Shown: piece by piece, positions 50,210-59,992 of the stretch
Layout of the letters: the number at the start of each line of letters is the position of its first letter
Position numbering within the stretch: position 1 is the stretch's first letter
From: a virus
DNA: 64,000 nucleotides
Virus record (IMG/VR): IMGVR_UViG_3300004481_000068
Reading direction: 5' to 3' (one strand)
Made by a program: the position numbers and the translations under genes
Notes under the pieces: model-generated
What the model was told of the DNA's origin: nothing
The model's database searches: none
The model's input: the letters and a program-made list of their open reading frames with translations, nothing else

Positions 50210-51772
50210 ATGAAAAACGCTACGCATTTCAATTCTATGACTTACGAACCTACAAATAATTTGCTATGCGGAATTCGTCATCATTTTCCATTGGAAGTTT
50301 GTCCTTGGGATGATTATTTCCCTCGTATGGCTCAGACAGATTTTTTCCTCGGTCGGCACAAGAAAAAAGCATCAAAAACATACTTTATTCGTAAGGCTCC
50401 ATTTAACGGATCATTTGCTATATTAGGTGGATTAACGGCAGCTTTACGGACGTTGGCAGACTTTACATTTGATGATGTAGTATGCGCGGTTTTAAAAGAT
50501 CAAGGTTATAAAAACGAATTTTTAAATTTTTTACATAATGAATTAAAGACAATAAAAGTTAATGTTTATTCTCCACCAGAAGGTTCAGTTTTTTTGCCCA
50601 ATGAGCCAGTAATTGTTTGGGAAGGCGATCTCATAAGTGTGAGATTGGCAGAAGGTATCTTTTCGAAGCACATAAATTATCCGTCATTATCTATGACAAA
50701 ATGGAATCGAGTAAAAAGCGCGGCGTCGCCGGGCAAAACGCTAGAATTTGCCAGACGTAGAGCTCAGGATGATGAACGGACTACATTATATGGTAATATG
50801 GGTGGTGCTGATATTACTAGTAATTCCAACATTCGAATAAGCTTCGATATTACGACTTCAGGTACTATGGGTCATGAATGGGTACAAAGTTTCGGCGATG
50901 AATTTGAAGCTTTTGATAAATGGTTGGAAATTAATCCTGATAAGCCCGTTTTACTCATAGACACTATTGACACACTGCAATCAGGTCTTCCAAATGCGAT
51001 TAAAGCTTTTAAAAAGCATCTGACGAAAATTAAAGCAGTTGGTGCAAATATGGGCATCCGCAATGATTCTGGCGATCTTGCATATTTGACTATTGAAGAA
51101 CGGCGAATTTTGGATGCTGTTGGATTACAAGACGTCTGGATTTTTGAAACAAACGACCTTGATGAATATAGCATTCAGGCAATAAAAGAACAAATTTTTA
51201 CACATGCAGCAAGAGCAGGTCTCGATGCTGCCATAATTTTATCAAGAGTAGTTTGGGCATGCGGAACTAATCCCGGCACTTGTTCTGATCAACCGAGTAT
51301 CGGTGGTGTTGCAAAATTAACTTCTATTGAAAATGATCGTGGTGAAGAAAAAGCTGTAATAAAAATTGCGCATGATAATCCCGTTAAGACAAGTATTCCT
51401 GGAAACAATCGGTCAGTTTTTGTATGGGACGGTGAGGAATTTCTTTGTTGCCTCGTTTATCATAAGGATGAAATTGCTAATACATGTGCAATTGCTTATC
51501 ATCCTGATGACGAATCAAAATCGATTATTCTTCAGCATCATGATAATTTAGGTTTCAGTTTCAGACAACGATTAGTATATCAATGGAATAAACCGTTTGA
51601 AAGTGATGTTACGCTTCAGGATGTGCGAAAATTGGTAACTGAAGAAACTGAATTGTTGCATTGGACATGCAAACGACTTGAAAATCCACATCTTATGAAA
51701 GTGAGTCTTAGTGAAAGAGTATTTCAATTGAGACAGCATTTAATATCTGAACGTAAACTTATTGAACAGTGA
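50210..51772 (+). CDS. pncB: Nicotinate phosphoribosyltransferase
   Basis: RKAPFNG, PEGSVFLPNEP, EFARRRAQ, SGTMGHEWVQSF, LLIDT.DTLQSG, IRNDSGDL, GGVAKL, KTSIPG; start moved to ATG 50210 (SD AAGGAG). Confidence 0.9.
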   Translation: MKNATHFNSMTYEPTNNLLCGIRHHFPLEVCPWDDYFPRMAQTDFFLGRHKKKASKTYFIRKAPFNGSFAILGGLTAALRTLADFTFDDVVCAVLKDQGYKNEFLNFLHNELKTIKVNVYSPPEGSVFLPNEPVIVWEGDLISVRLAEGIFSKHINYPSLSMTKWNRVKSAASPGKTLEFARRRAQDDERTTLYGNMGGADITSNSNIRISFDITTSGTMGHEWVQSFGDEFEAFDKWLEINPDKPVLLIDTIDTLQSGLPNAIKAFKKHLTKIKAVGANMGIRNDSGDLAYLTIEERRILDAVGLQDVWIFETNDLDEYSIQAIKEQIFTHAARAGLDAAIILSRVVWACGTNPGTCSDQPSIGGVAKLTSIENDRGEEKAVIKIAHDNPVKTSIPGNNRSVFVWDGEEFLCCLVYHKDEIANTCAIAYHPDDESKSIILQHHDNLGFSFRQRLVYQWNKPFESDVTLQDVRKLVTEETELLHWTCKRLENPHLMKVSLSERVFQLRQHLISERKLIEQ

Positions 51773-51782
51773 GGAGATCGAT

Positions 51783-52592
51783 ATGAATTGTAAAGCTGTA
51801 AAAAATACTATAATTGATTGGTTGAGAGCTCAACTTGAAAAAAGCGGTCAACATGGATTTGTTTTAGGCGTCTCAGGCGGCGTTGATTCTGCATTAGTTT
51901 CTACTTTATGCGCAGCTACTGGAAAATCAACTTTGTTATTGACCTTGCCCATATATCAGGCAGAAGATCAGATGAAACGCGGAGCTGACCATATAAAAAT
52001 GCTTATGAATGCAAGGCCTAGTACTGTAACGACAGAGGAAGTTAATCTTAATGATGTGTTTGATACATTTAAGAAAAGTTTATCTTCTGCTGTTGCAAAT
52101 GATGCTCTTGTCATGGCTAATCTGCGTGCGCGTTTAAGAATGACAACTATTTATGCATATGCGGGTCGCAATGGATATTTAGTTGCAGGTACAGGAAACA
52201 AAATTGAAGATTTTGGTGTTGGCTTTTTTACAAAATGGGGAGATGGGGCGGTTGATCTTTCTCCCATTGGTGATTTATCAAAATCTCAAGTTTGGGAATT
52301 AGCTCATTTTGTCGGAGTTAGTGATGATATCGTCAAAGCCGTTCCAACAGATGGCTTATGGTCAGACAACAGAGGCGATGAGAATCAGATTGGAGCAACT
52401 TATCCTGAACTCGAATGGGCAATGGGCATTTTTGAGTCTCACAAAGATATTATGCCTGAAGAGCTAATAACGCGCACCTATCTTACTTCACATGAAAGAG
52501 AAGTACTTAGAATATATATAACTCGACATAATCAAAATATGCACAAGTTCAATCCTATTCCTATATGTATTGTGCCGTCGGTTCTTTTATGA
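51783..52592 (+). CDS. nadE: NH3-dependent NAD+ synthetase (single domain)
   Basis: VLGVSGGVDSA, ANLRARLRM, GTGNKIE, GFFTKWGDGAVD..PIGDLSK.QV, PTDGLW...DE.QIGATY; SD GAGGAG. Confidence 0.95.
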   Translation: MNCKAVKNTIIDWLRAQLEKSGQHGFVLGVSGGVDSALVSTLCAATGKSTLLLTLPIYQAEDQMKRGADHIKMLMNARPSTVTTEEVNLNDVFDTFKKSLSSAVANDALVMANLRARLRMTTIYAYAGRNGYLVAGTGNKIEDFGVGFFTKWGDGAVDLSPIGDLSKSQVWELAHFVGVSDDIVKAVPTDGLWSDNRGDENQIGATYPELEWAMGIFESHKDIMPEELITRTYLTSHEREVLRIYITRHNQNMHKFNPIPICIVPSVLL

Positions 52593-53257
52593 TGAACATT
52601 ATTAAAGTTAACAATTCTTGTGAAATACATACTATTGATGACCTTAAAGTGTATTATGAACAGATTAAGCCTCAAATTAAAGAGCGCTTAGCTGATTTTG
52701 ATAAGATAAGTAGAGAAGGCAGCAAATTTGATCTTTTTCGTGAATTGGTTTTTTGTATTTTAACTGCTAATGCTAGTGCTAAAATGGGATTAAAATCGAT
52801 AAATGCTCTTGACAGCATTATTTTTGACGGAACTGCTAAAGACATTGAACGTCGATTGCGAGGTATTTATCGGTATCCGACATCAAGAGCTAATTATATT
52901 ATTCGCACTCGTGATTTTTTGCAATCGCACTGTGATCTAGACTTACAAATAATATTCAGACAATATGAGGATCAATTTCAACTTCGTGAATTTCTTGCTA
53001 AAAACATTGTCGGCATTGCTTTTAAAGAATGCAGTCATTTTCTTAGAAATGTCGGATATAAAGGATTTGCAATTCTTGATAAGCATGTCATCTCAATGTT
53101 CAATTTGATCGGATGTGCGGTTAGGAAGCCGAAGAATAAACGAGAGTATAGAGAACTTGAACTTAAGATGATTGCTTTTGCAAAACGAAATCAGTTAGAT
53201 ATCGATGATCTTGATTTGGTTTTTTGGTCATATAGGACGGGAGAAATAATCAAATGA
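52589..53257 (+). CDS. ogg: 8-oxoguanine DNA glycosylase/AP lyase (HhH)
   Basis: ELVFCILTANASA, KNIVGIAFKECSHFLRNVG (catalytic Lys), AILDKHV (catalytic Asp). Confidence 0.85.
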   Translation: MMNIIKVNNSCEIHTIDDLKVYYEQIKPQIKERLADFDKISREGSKFDLFRELVFCILTANASAKMGLKSINALDSIIFDGTAKDIERRLRGIYRYPTSRANYIIRTRDFLQSHCDLDLQIIFRQYEDQFQLREFLAKNIVGIAFKECSHFLRNVGYKGFAILDKHVISMFNLIGCAVRKPKNKREYRELELKMIAFAKRNQLDIDDLDLVFWSYRTGEIIK

Positions 53258-54030
53258 GTTGGATTATAAATAAAGCTATCGTTGCAGGGACTGATCATAC
53301 ATTTGTGAAGCTTAATTGTCAAGATTTTTGTCGCGTTGAGGCAAATGAATTGCAAACAAAAATTTGTGGTGTGGTTTGCGATGGTTGTTCAAGTGGAACA
53401 ATGTCTGAAGTAGGAGCAATGTTAATGGGACAATATCTTTTAAATTTTCTTATGCATCTTGATTTTGCATACTTTGATGACGAAAGTTTACAAAATATAG
53501 TTCAATCGAGGATTGTAAGATTTGTCAATGACATTATGGATAGTGTGATGTATGACAGTCACATTAAAGAAAAAGTGTCATTTTTAGAACATAATATGAT
53601 GGCAACATTCATTTTTTGTGTGATTGACAAGGACAAAATATTTATCGGTCGATGCGGTGACGGTGTCATAATACTTAATGATATTGTAAAAGTTATTGAT
53701 GAAAATGACAGGCCGTCATATATAGCTTATAATTGCATACCGCAAAATTATAAGCAAAATCCTTTTGTTACAGCTGAGCCGGTGCCGTCAATACAAGTGC
53801 AGGTTGATCAAATATTTGCTACTAAAATTGTTATTGCTACAGATGGTTTACGTGCAGCAATAGTAAATAATTTGACGCCTGAATTATATGGAGCAACTAA
53901 AAGACAATTACAACGAAAATTTAATGTGTGGCAAATGCAAGATAAAATATTTTCTGACGATACGTCATGTATTGTATTTGAAAAAGTAATTGAACAATCT
54001 AAGGTAACTAATAATGAACCAGCAAATTAA
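53254..54030 (+). CDS. PP2C-family protein phosphatase (YegK-like)
   Basis: G.DH...NCQD, VCDGCSSG..SEVGA, GDGV, IATDGL, SDDTS. Confidence 0.85.
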   Translation: MSWIINKAIVAGTDHTFVKLNCQDFCRVEANELQTKICGVVCDGCSSGTMSEVGAMLMGQYLLNFLMHLDFAYFDDESLQNIVQSRIVRFVNDIMDSVMYDSHIKEKVSFLEHNMMATFIFCVIDKDKIFIGRCGDGVIILNDIVKVIDENDRPSYIAYNCIPQNYKQNPFVTAEPVPSIQVQVDQIFATKIVIATDGLRAAIVNNLTPELYGATKRQLQRKFNVWQMQDKIFSDDTSCIVFEKVIEQSKVTNNEPAN

Positions 54031-55891
54031 CAAAGTAATTTATCAAGGTGCAACTATTGCTATTGATAGTAAGAAGACTATTGGTAGTGGCGGTGAAGCT
54101 ATTATTGTTAAGTATAATAAATTAGCATTTAAAATATATCACGATCCAACAATTCAACGTGCAAAGAAGTTAGCTGATTTTATTAAGAGCAATTTTCAAT
54201 TACCATCAAATGTTATGGCTCCTATAGATCTTTTATATGACGCACATAACCGTGTAGTTGGTTTTGCAATGAATATTGCCAGTGGTTGTAAGGATGTTAA
54301 AAATTTATTGGACGTTAATTTTCGTAGTCAGCAGCAAATTAACACTAGCGATGTCATACAATGTTTTGCTCAGTCAAAATCAATTTTAGATACATTGCAT
54401 AACATTGGTCTAATAGTTGGCGACTTTAATGACCTTAATGAATTATTTGACGCATCATTAGTGCCGTATTTTATCGATGTTGATTCGTTTCAATTTGGAA
54501 AATATCCTTGTGTTGTCGGAACTGAAGAATACATTGACCCAATGCTATATGGTATTGATTTGACAAAAAAGCCGACATTTACAAAGGAGACAGATTGGTA
54601 TTCATTCAATGTAATGTTATTTCGAGCATTGTTATTCGTGCATCCATACGCAGGCGTACATAGACAGTATAAATCATTATTTACTCGTGCCTCTAATGCT
54701 ATTTGGATATTTGATTCTAATGTTATTCGTCCAAAAGTAGCTATTCATCCTGAGACGTTGGATGATGATTTATTACATCATTTTTCAAACATTTTTTGCA
54801 AAAAACAAAGACTTGATTTATCTGTTCAAAAATTACAAGACATTAGTAGCACATTCATTAAATGCAATAAGTGCGGTGTATATTTTTCAAACACTAGACA
54901 AAAATGCCCACAATGTCAGAAAGTTATACCGCAGCCTGTAATTGATTTAAGTAATATCATCAACAAAAAACAAATTGGCAAAGAAACATGCAGTATATGC
55001 AATCTGTTTGAGACAACAGGTGCAATACTTTTTCTTAAAATAATAGACAATGAAAAATTAATTATCGTTTATTATGAAGACAATGTTACTCATTGTAAGT
55101 ATATTTCTAGCACATTTGTCTGTGAATGTAAAATTTGGGATGGGTTGTCTAAGACAGCTAAATTTGATTTTTTTGAGCCGTATTGTTTAGTAATTCATGT
55201 AGATAATCATTTAATGCTTTTTAATATTAGCACTAACGCGCTTGTACCGATAACAAGCACTTTTACTACAGAATATTCAGGTGAAGCAGTATTTTCAAGC
55301 AGTAGAAATCATTTGTATCGGTTAACGTCAAACGCAGTTCTTAGTGGTGAACTTTCTAATGGCCACTTTATAGAGCATGAAGTTGTGTCAGCTTTAGAAG
55401 ATCAAACGTGGATAGCAGTTAGTCAAAATGATTTAGGGTTTGGATTCTATCGAACTTTTAATAAGTATCTTTTCTTTGTGTTTTCAAAAAAAGGACGGTA
55501 TGAATTAACTGCATTACCGGAATTAAAAGGACAGCTTATTGATTTTGATGTTAAGATGTCTGTAAACACAATTTTATTACTAAGAAAAAATCTTAATAAT
55601 GGTCGAACATATTCGCATTGGCATATTATAAATGATGAAGGAACAATATTGGAAACAAAATCTGAAGAATCTATAAGTTCAGATTTATTAAAAAATATTT
55701 ATGGAAAAGCATTTGCTGGGTCTATCATTATTCATCCTACAGATGCAGGCGTCGCAATTGAAAAGCACGGAGATGTATCATTGAAAGTGTCAACGGCAGA
55801 ATTTGTTACATCTTCAAATCAATTATATCTTTACAAACAAGGACTTTTGGTCAGGTCAATGAATAAAGTTTCTTATATTATTCTCAAATAA
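54014..55891 (+). CDS. Ser/Thr protein kinase (YegI-like) with Zn ribbon and C-terminal beta domain
   Basis: IGSGGEA, AFKIY, IVGDFNDLN, FIDVDSFQ, GTEEYIDP, TDWYSF, HPYAG; CNKC...CPQC. Confidence 0.85.
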   Translation: MNQQINKVIYQGATIAIDSKKTIGSGGEAIIVKYNKLAFKIYHDPTIQRAKKLADFIKSNFQLPSNVMAPIDLLYDAHNRVVGFAMNIASGCKDVKNLLDVNFRSQQQINTSDVIQCFAQSKSILDTLHNIGLIVGDFNDLNELFDASLVPYFIDVDSFQFGKYPCVVGTEEYIDPMLYGIDLTKKPTFTKETDWYSFNVMLFRALLFVHPYAGVHRQYKSLFTRASNAIWIFDSNVIRPKVAIHPETLDDDLLHHFSNIFCKKQRLDLSVQKLQDISSTFIKCNKCGVYFSNTRQKCPQCQKVIPQPVIDLSNIINKKQIGKETCSICNLFETTGAILFLKIIDNEKLIIVYYEDNVTHCKYISSTFVCECKIWDGLSKTAKFDFFEPYCLVIHVDNHLMLFNISTNALVPITSTFTTEYSGEAVFSSSRNHLYRLTSNAVLSGELSNGHFIEHEVVSALEDQTWIAVSQNDLGFGFYRTFNKYLFFVFSKKGRYELTALPELKGQLIDFDVKMSVNTILLLRKNLNNGRTYSHWHIINDEGTILETKSEESISSDLLKNIYGKAFAGSIIIHPTDAGVAIEKHGDVSLKVSTAEFVTSSNQLYLYKQGLLVRSMNKVSYIILK

Positions 55892-55910
55892 CCTTTTCAT
55901 AGGAGGGTTC

Positions 55911-56882
55911 ATGCATAATCCGTCGTTTTACGATCCAAACAGGGTCGGCACACTTTTTCTTCCCGATCTTAACAAGGTCGAGAGTGAAGCCGACAAGTTA
56001 AGCATCAGTGCGTCGTCGAAAGACACCGCCGGCAAAAAGGTTGCGCTGATGATCATCGATATGCAAATCGATTTTTGCCACAAAACAGGCACACTCTATG
56101 TGCCGGGTGCAGAGGATGATGTCAAACGGTTGATTACCTTTATCCTTAAGTGGATGGAGAATATCACATCCGTATTTGCATCACTCGACTCGCATCTGCT
56201 GTTCCAGATCTTCTATCGCACGTGGTGGCAGCTCACTAACGGCAAGAAGCCGGATATTTTCACAGAAATCTACAAGATGATGCCGTCGGCAGCTGCAAAA
56301 CATGCTTTAGCAAAGTGTGTTGATGACGGTGACATTCGGCCGGTGATCGAGCCCATATTCAGCATTGACTATACGAGCTTACTGATGCAACAGGCTAACA
56401 AGCCGCTTTGCATCTGGCCGTATCATACAATGCTTGGTACTCCCGGCCAGGCACTCGATCCGGCGCTGTATGAGATACTGGCATTTCACTCTTTTGCAAG
56501 AAAGACGCAGTTGAATTTTTTGCAGAAAGGCCAGATACCTCAGACTGAAATGTATGGTGTTCTCAGCCCTGAGGTAAAAATTCCGCAGCACAAACAGGGC
56601 GGCTTCAATACAGATTTTCTCAATCTGTTGATGAAGCACGATAAAGTATATTTTGCCGGTCAGGCAAAGAGCCATTGCGTTCTTGCTTCATTGGCTCAGA
56701 TCGTTGAATTCTTCAAGAATGACAAGGTTACATTAAGCAAGATATACATTCTTGAGGATTGCATGAGTTCGGTAAAACATCCGGCGATTGATTTCGAGGC
56801 CATTGCAACAGCGGCATTCGATAAATTTCGCAATTCCGGAGTCAACATCGTCAAAAGTACAGAAGTCGATCTTTTGGCTTAA
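55911..56882 (+). CDS. Cysteine hydrolase, nicotinamidase/isochorismatase family
   Basis: IIDMQIDFC..GTLYVPGA, SLDSH, IWPYH.MLG..G, AGQAKSHCV, ILEDCMS. Confidence 0.85.
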   Translation: MHNPSFYDPNRVGTLFLPDLNKVESEADKLSISASSKDTAGKKVALMIIDMQIDFCHKTGTLYVPGAEDDVKRLITFILKWMENITSVFASLDSHLLFQIFYRTWWQLTNGKKPDIFTEIYKMMPSAAAKHALAKCVDDGDIRPVIEPIFSIDYTSLLMQQANKPLCIWPYHTMLGTPGQALDPALYEILAFHSFARKTQLNFLQKGQIPQTEMYGVLSPEVKIPQHKQGGFNTDFLNLLMKHDKVYFAGQAKSHCVLASLAQIVEFFKNDKVTLSKIYILEDCMSSVKHPAIDFEAIATAAFDKFRNSGVNIVKSTEVDLLA

Positions 56883-56901
56883 ACAATAGAAAGGAACTAT
56901 C

Positions 56902-57696
56902 ATGCAGCAATCAAAGAGCACTGCCAGCATCGCTGCGGTTACTAATCTTTTTACGCAGGCAGTGAGCAAGAATGAAATCGGTGCAGATGCTGCCGATATC
57001 ATGGTTAGCGGCCTCAATGACACTAACATTCTAGGGTGCACAGGTGTTGATGCTAACGACCTTGACACTGACATCGTCACTATAGCATGTCTGGTCATTG
57101 ACGGCTCGTATTCAATGAAAGACAATGAACAGGTGGTACGTGAAGCATACGATGAACTCATCATTAAAGCGATGAAGGAATCGAAACAAGCGAAAGACAT
57201 GCTTGTCAGTGCTCGTATCTTCGATGAAACGGAAAAGGTGCTTTACGGCTTTAAGAAGGTTGCCGATATCGGTAAAATCGGTAGCCAATATATGGCTGAA
57301 GGCAGTGCAACAATGTTATACGAAGCTGCAGTGAATGCGATGACGGCAACAAGAGCATATGCTAAGACGTTGAATGACAGCGGCGTCTTGACAAAATGTG
57401 TAGTTGCTATCCTGTCAGACGGTCGCAATAACTGTGGCAAATTCATGTCGCCCGATCCGGTCAAGAAGGTCGCTCAGGATTGCATCAAGTCGGAAATGTT
57501 TTATTTGGTTTATGTCGGTTTTAAAGCCGATCCGGCAGACAATCTGGATGCAATAGGCAAGTCAATGGGTTTTCCGAATGTGTTAACGACTACTAATAAT
57601 CCTCATGATGTACGAGCAGCAATGGGGCTAGTCAGTCAGTCAACAATACGGAAAAGTCAAACGACTGTTGGAGCACCTAATTCATTTTTTCAGTGA
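56902..57696 (+). CDS. vWA-domain protein (TerY/YegL-like)
   Basis: LVIDGSYSM (DxSxS MIDAS), T.LY.A, ILSDG.NN. Confidence 0.8.
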   Translation: MQQSKSTASIAAVTNLFTQAVSKNEIGADAADIMVSGLNDTNILGCTGVDANDLDTDIVTIACLVIDGSYSMKDNEQVVREAYDELIIKAMKESKQAKDMLVSARIFDETEKVLYGFKKVADIGKIGSQYMAEGSATMLYEAAVNAMTATRAYAKTLNDSGVLTKCVVAILSDGRNNCGKFMSPDPVKKVAQDCIKSEMFYLVYVGFKADPADNLDAIGKSMGFPNVLTTTNNPHDVRAAMGLVSQSTIRKSQTTVGAPNSFFQ

Positions 57697-57708
57697 TTGA
57701 TTGTTAAG

Positions 57709-57746
57709 ATAATACTGGCAATTTAAATTTGCCAGTATTATTTTTG
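57709..57746 (+). terminator. Rho-independent terminator
   Basis: ATAATACTGGCAA / TTGCCAGTATTAT 13-bp stem followed by TTTT. Confidence 0.8.
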
Positions 57747-58081
57747 TTTATAACTGACAATTTAAACATGCTATTTAAAGAAGGCATTTCTTTTGAAGGA
57801 CCACAACAATGCAACTATGTTGTTCGTATTGGTTATGAAGCGCATGATATGTACTTTATAACTGTGGAATATCATAAGCATTACGGACGAATTCCGTTAC
57901 TACTTGATCAACAAGATGTGATTAGGATTATTAATATGTTAGCCAAACTTAATCATAGACAGCAAGTACCGTTTAAAACATTTGTTGCGATAGTTGCAGG
58001 CTGCGCTAGAATGGCAATGCAGCATAGATGTTAAGATTAACTACAGTTTTAAATATGATTATATTTTAATAGGAGGCAACG

Positions 58082-58579
58082 ATGGTTACAAAACAAGTTG
58101 GTGACATTATTAATCTTATTGACATTCTTAAACTGGACGGTTTAATGAATGCTGCGAATGGTAAAGGTCCAATGGGATTTGGAATTGCAGGTGCAATCAA
58201 GCATGCAGGAGGAACTGAAATACAATCTGATGCTTTTGAAGTTTGCTTTAAACTAGACCCGCAGCCGGGACAAGCATATTCTACTATCTCTGGAACATTG
58301 AAAGATAAAGGAATTAAACGAATTATTCATGCCGTGACGATGAAATCTCCTGCAGGTTATACATCATTAGACATCATTGAAGCTGCTTTTAAATCTGCAT
58401 TAATTCTGGCAAAACAAGAAGGGATTACGAAATTGGGATGTACAGCTTTAGGTACAGGCGTCGGTAGATTAAGTCCTATTGATGTTGGAATCATCATGTC
58501 ACGAGTTGCCAAAAGTGGCATTGTGGATATTGATGTAGCATTTGTTGATCGTGATCAACGATTTATCGATGCTTTATGA
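58082..58579 (+). CDS. Macro domain (ADP-ribose binding/hydrolase) protein
   Basis: GDI, NAANG..PMGFGIAGAI..AGG, IIHAV, ALGTGVG. Confidence 0.9.
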   Translation: MVTKQVGDIINLIDILKLDGLMNAANGKGPMGFGIAGAIKHAGGTEIQSDAFEVCFKLDPQPGQAYSTISGTLKDKGIKRIIHAVTMKSPAGYTSLDIIEAAFKSALILAKQEGITKLGCTALGTGVGRLSPIDVGIIMSRVAKSGIVDIDVAFVDRDQRFIDAL

Positions 58580-59182
58580 CATGATTAAAATTATATTTAA
58601 TGATAACACAGAAAAATACTTTAAATTTAAAAATGAAGTTTCTATTTTTTTTACATTACATGCTCTTAGAGGCGATGTTAAATTTGCAGGATTAGAAAGA
58701 ATAATTAAAGTTAAAACTATTGACGGGTCAGAAATCATCAATATTAAAGATGTTAAAGATTGCAAATTAATTGACAATATATGACGACAATAAAATTAAG
58801 ACTACCTGCAGATACGCATTTGACTATTGCTGAATTTATGTCCGCGCTTCAGCAAAATCCTCAACAAAGTGTCCAAATTAAAAATAATCATGTCACTAGA
58901 TCGGTAATGCATTTTTTAGATGCTGATAGTCTTCAGCCAAGGACACTACGTGAGTGTCGATATTTTGATAACATTATTATATTATGTGATGATGGGTCTG
59001 TAGACATTCTTTTTGATGACGAGAAATTTATTCTTACGCAAGATGATAAATCTAAACAATTAGACAAATATACATTTATTTTAAGTACTACTGATATTGT
59101 TGAACCTAAAGTAATTAAGAAAAATATTGCACAGACAATAATAAAAAAAGTATTTCAACCTTTTTCGTTTAAATGAGGACGT

Positions 59183-59869
59183 ATGTCATTGTTTAAAGCT
59201 GATTTTGCACACGATTATATTTTTGATTGTATACCGGCTATAAAGTCAAGTAAAGTTAAATCAAGAATATTATTGGCTTATAGATTGGCAAAATATGCTC
59301 AAATGAATAAGTTTGGAAATGATAAACTTAATTATCCACAATTAGCGATAAAAGTGCTTGCAAATGATTTTAAAAGCATAATTAAATTAACTGTAGATGA
59401 TGTGTTTGTTTTGCTGTTAGATTGTATTTTAGAGGGTTCATATTTATTATCAGCGGTTGACATTAAAGATATTTTTAATATTAAAGTTGTTTATTTGACT
59501 GATTTGATAGCTATTGAACGTATAGCTAAATCAGGTGCAAAAATCACTTTAACAAAGCTTGCAAGATATAAGAAAGAAATTTCAAAACGAGCATTAATTA
59601 TAAAAGCAGCATGTGTAATTATTGAACTTCGCAATTTGTCTTTAATTAAAGCAAAGAATTTTCCTATAAAAGTTTATGAGCAATATTTGCCATTATTTGA
59701 TATTTATCCTGAAATAGGTAATTTAGTAGCATTTGAACTTAAAAAGCAATTGTTGTGTAAAGTTAGAGCAGCACAACGATTAACTGACAAATATAATTTA
59801 ACTGCAGGTGATATTTTTAAATATTTTTCTATTATAAATAGCACGCGGCTCAAAAGTATAAAGATTTAA
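59183..59869 (+). CDS. Degenerate RelA/SpoT-type HD-domain protein
   Basis: AY.LA..AQ...(R..G.PY)-like start, LLDCILE where LHD.IED is expected, IKAAC...LRNL where IKLAD...NLR is expected. Confidence 0.45.
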   Translation: MSLFKADFAHDYIFDCIPAIKSSKVKSRILLAYRLAKYAQMNKFGNDKLNYPQLAIKVLANDFKSIIKLTVDDVFVLLLDCILEGSYLLSAVDIKDIFNIKVVYLTDLIAIERIAKSGAKITLTKLARYKKEISKRALIIKAACVIIELRNLSLIKAKNFPIKVYEQYLPLFDIYPEIGNLVAFELKKQLLCKVRAAQRLTDKYNLTAGDIFKYFSIINSTRLKSIKI

Positions 59870-59992
59870 TACTGCTTTATTTCCCGCCTTTTGTAAATTC
59901 CTTTATTTTTTCAGTAAATACTATCTAAGAACATTAAATTTTAGAAAGGAGGAAATGGGAAAAGTCAACGATTTATCAGATTCAAATTAACG

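Noticed and set aside
57729-58034. ORF start at TTG 57729
   Set aside because: The codon lies inside the terminator stem; a later ATG (about 57768) is more plausible and the product is unassignable
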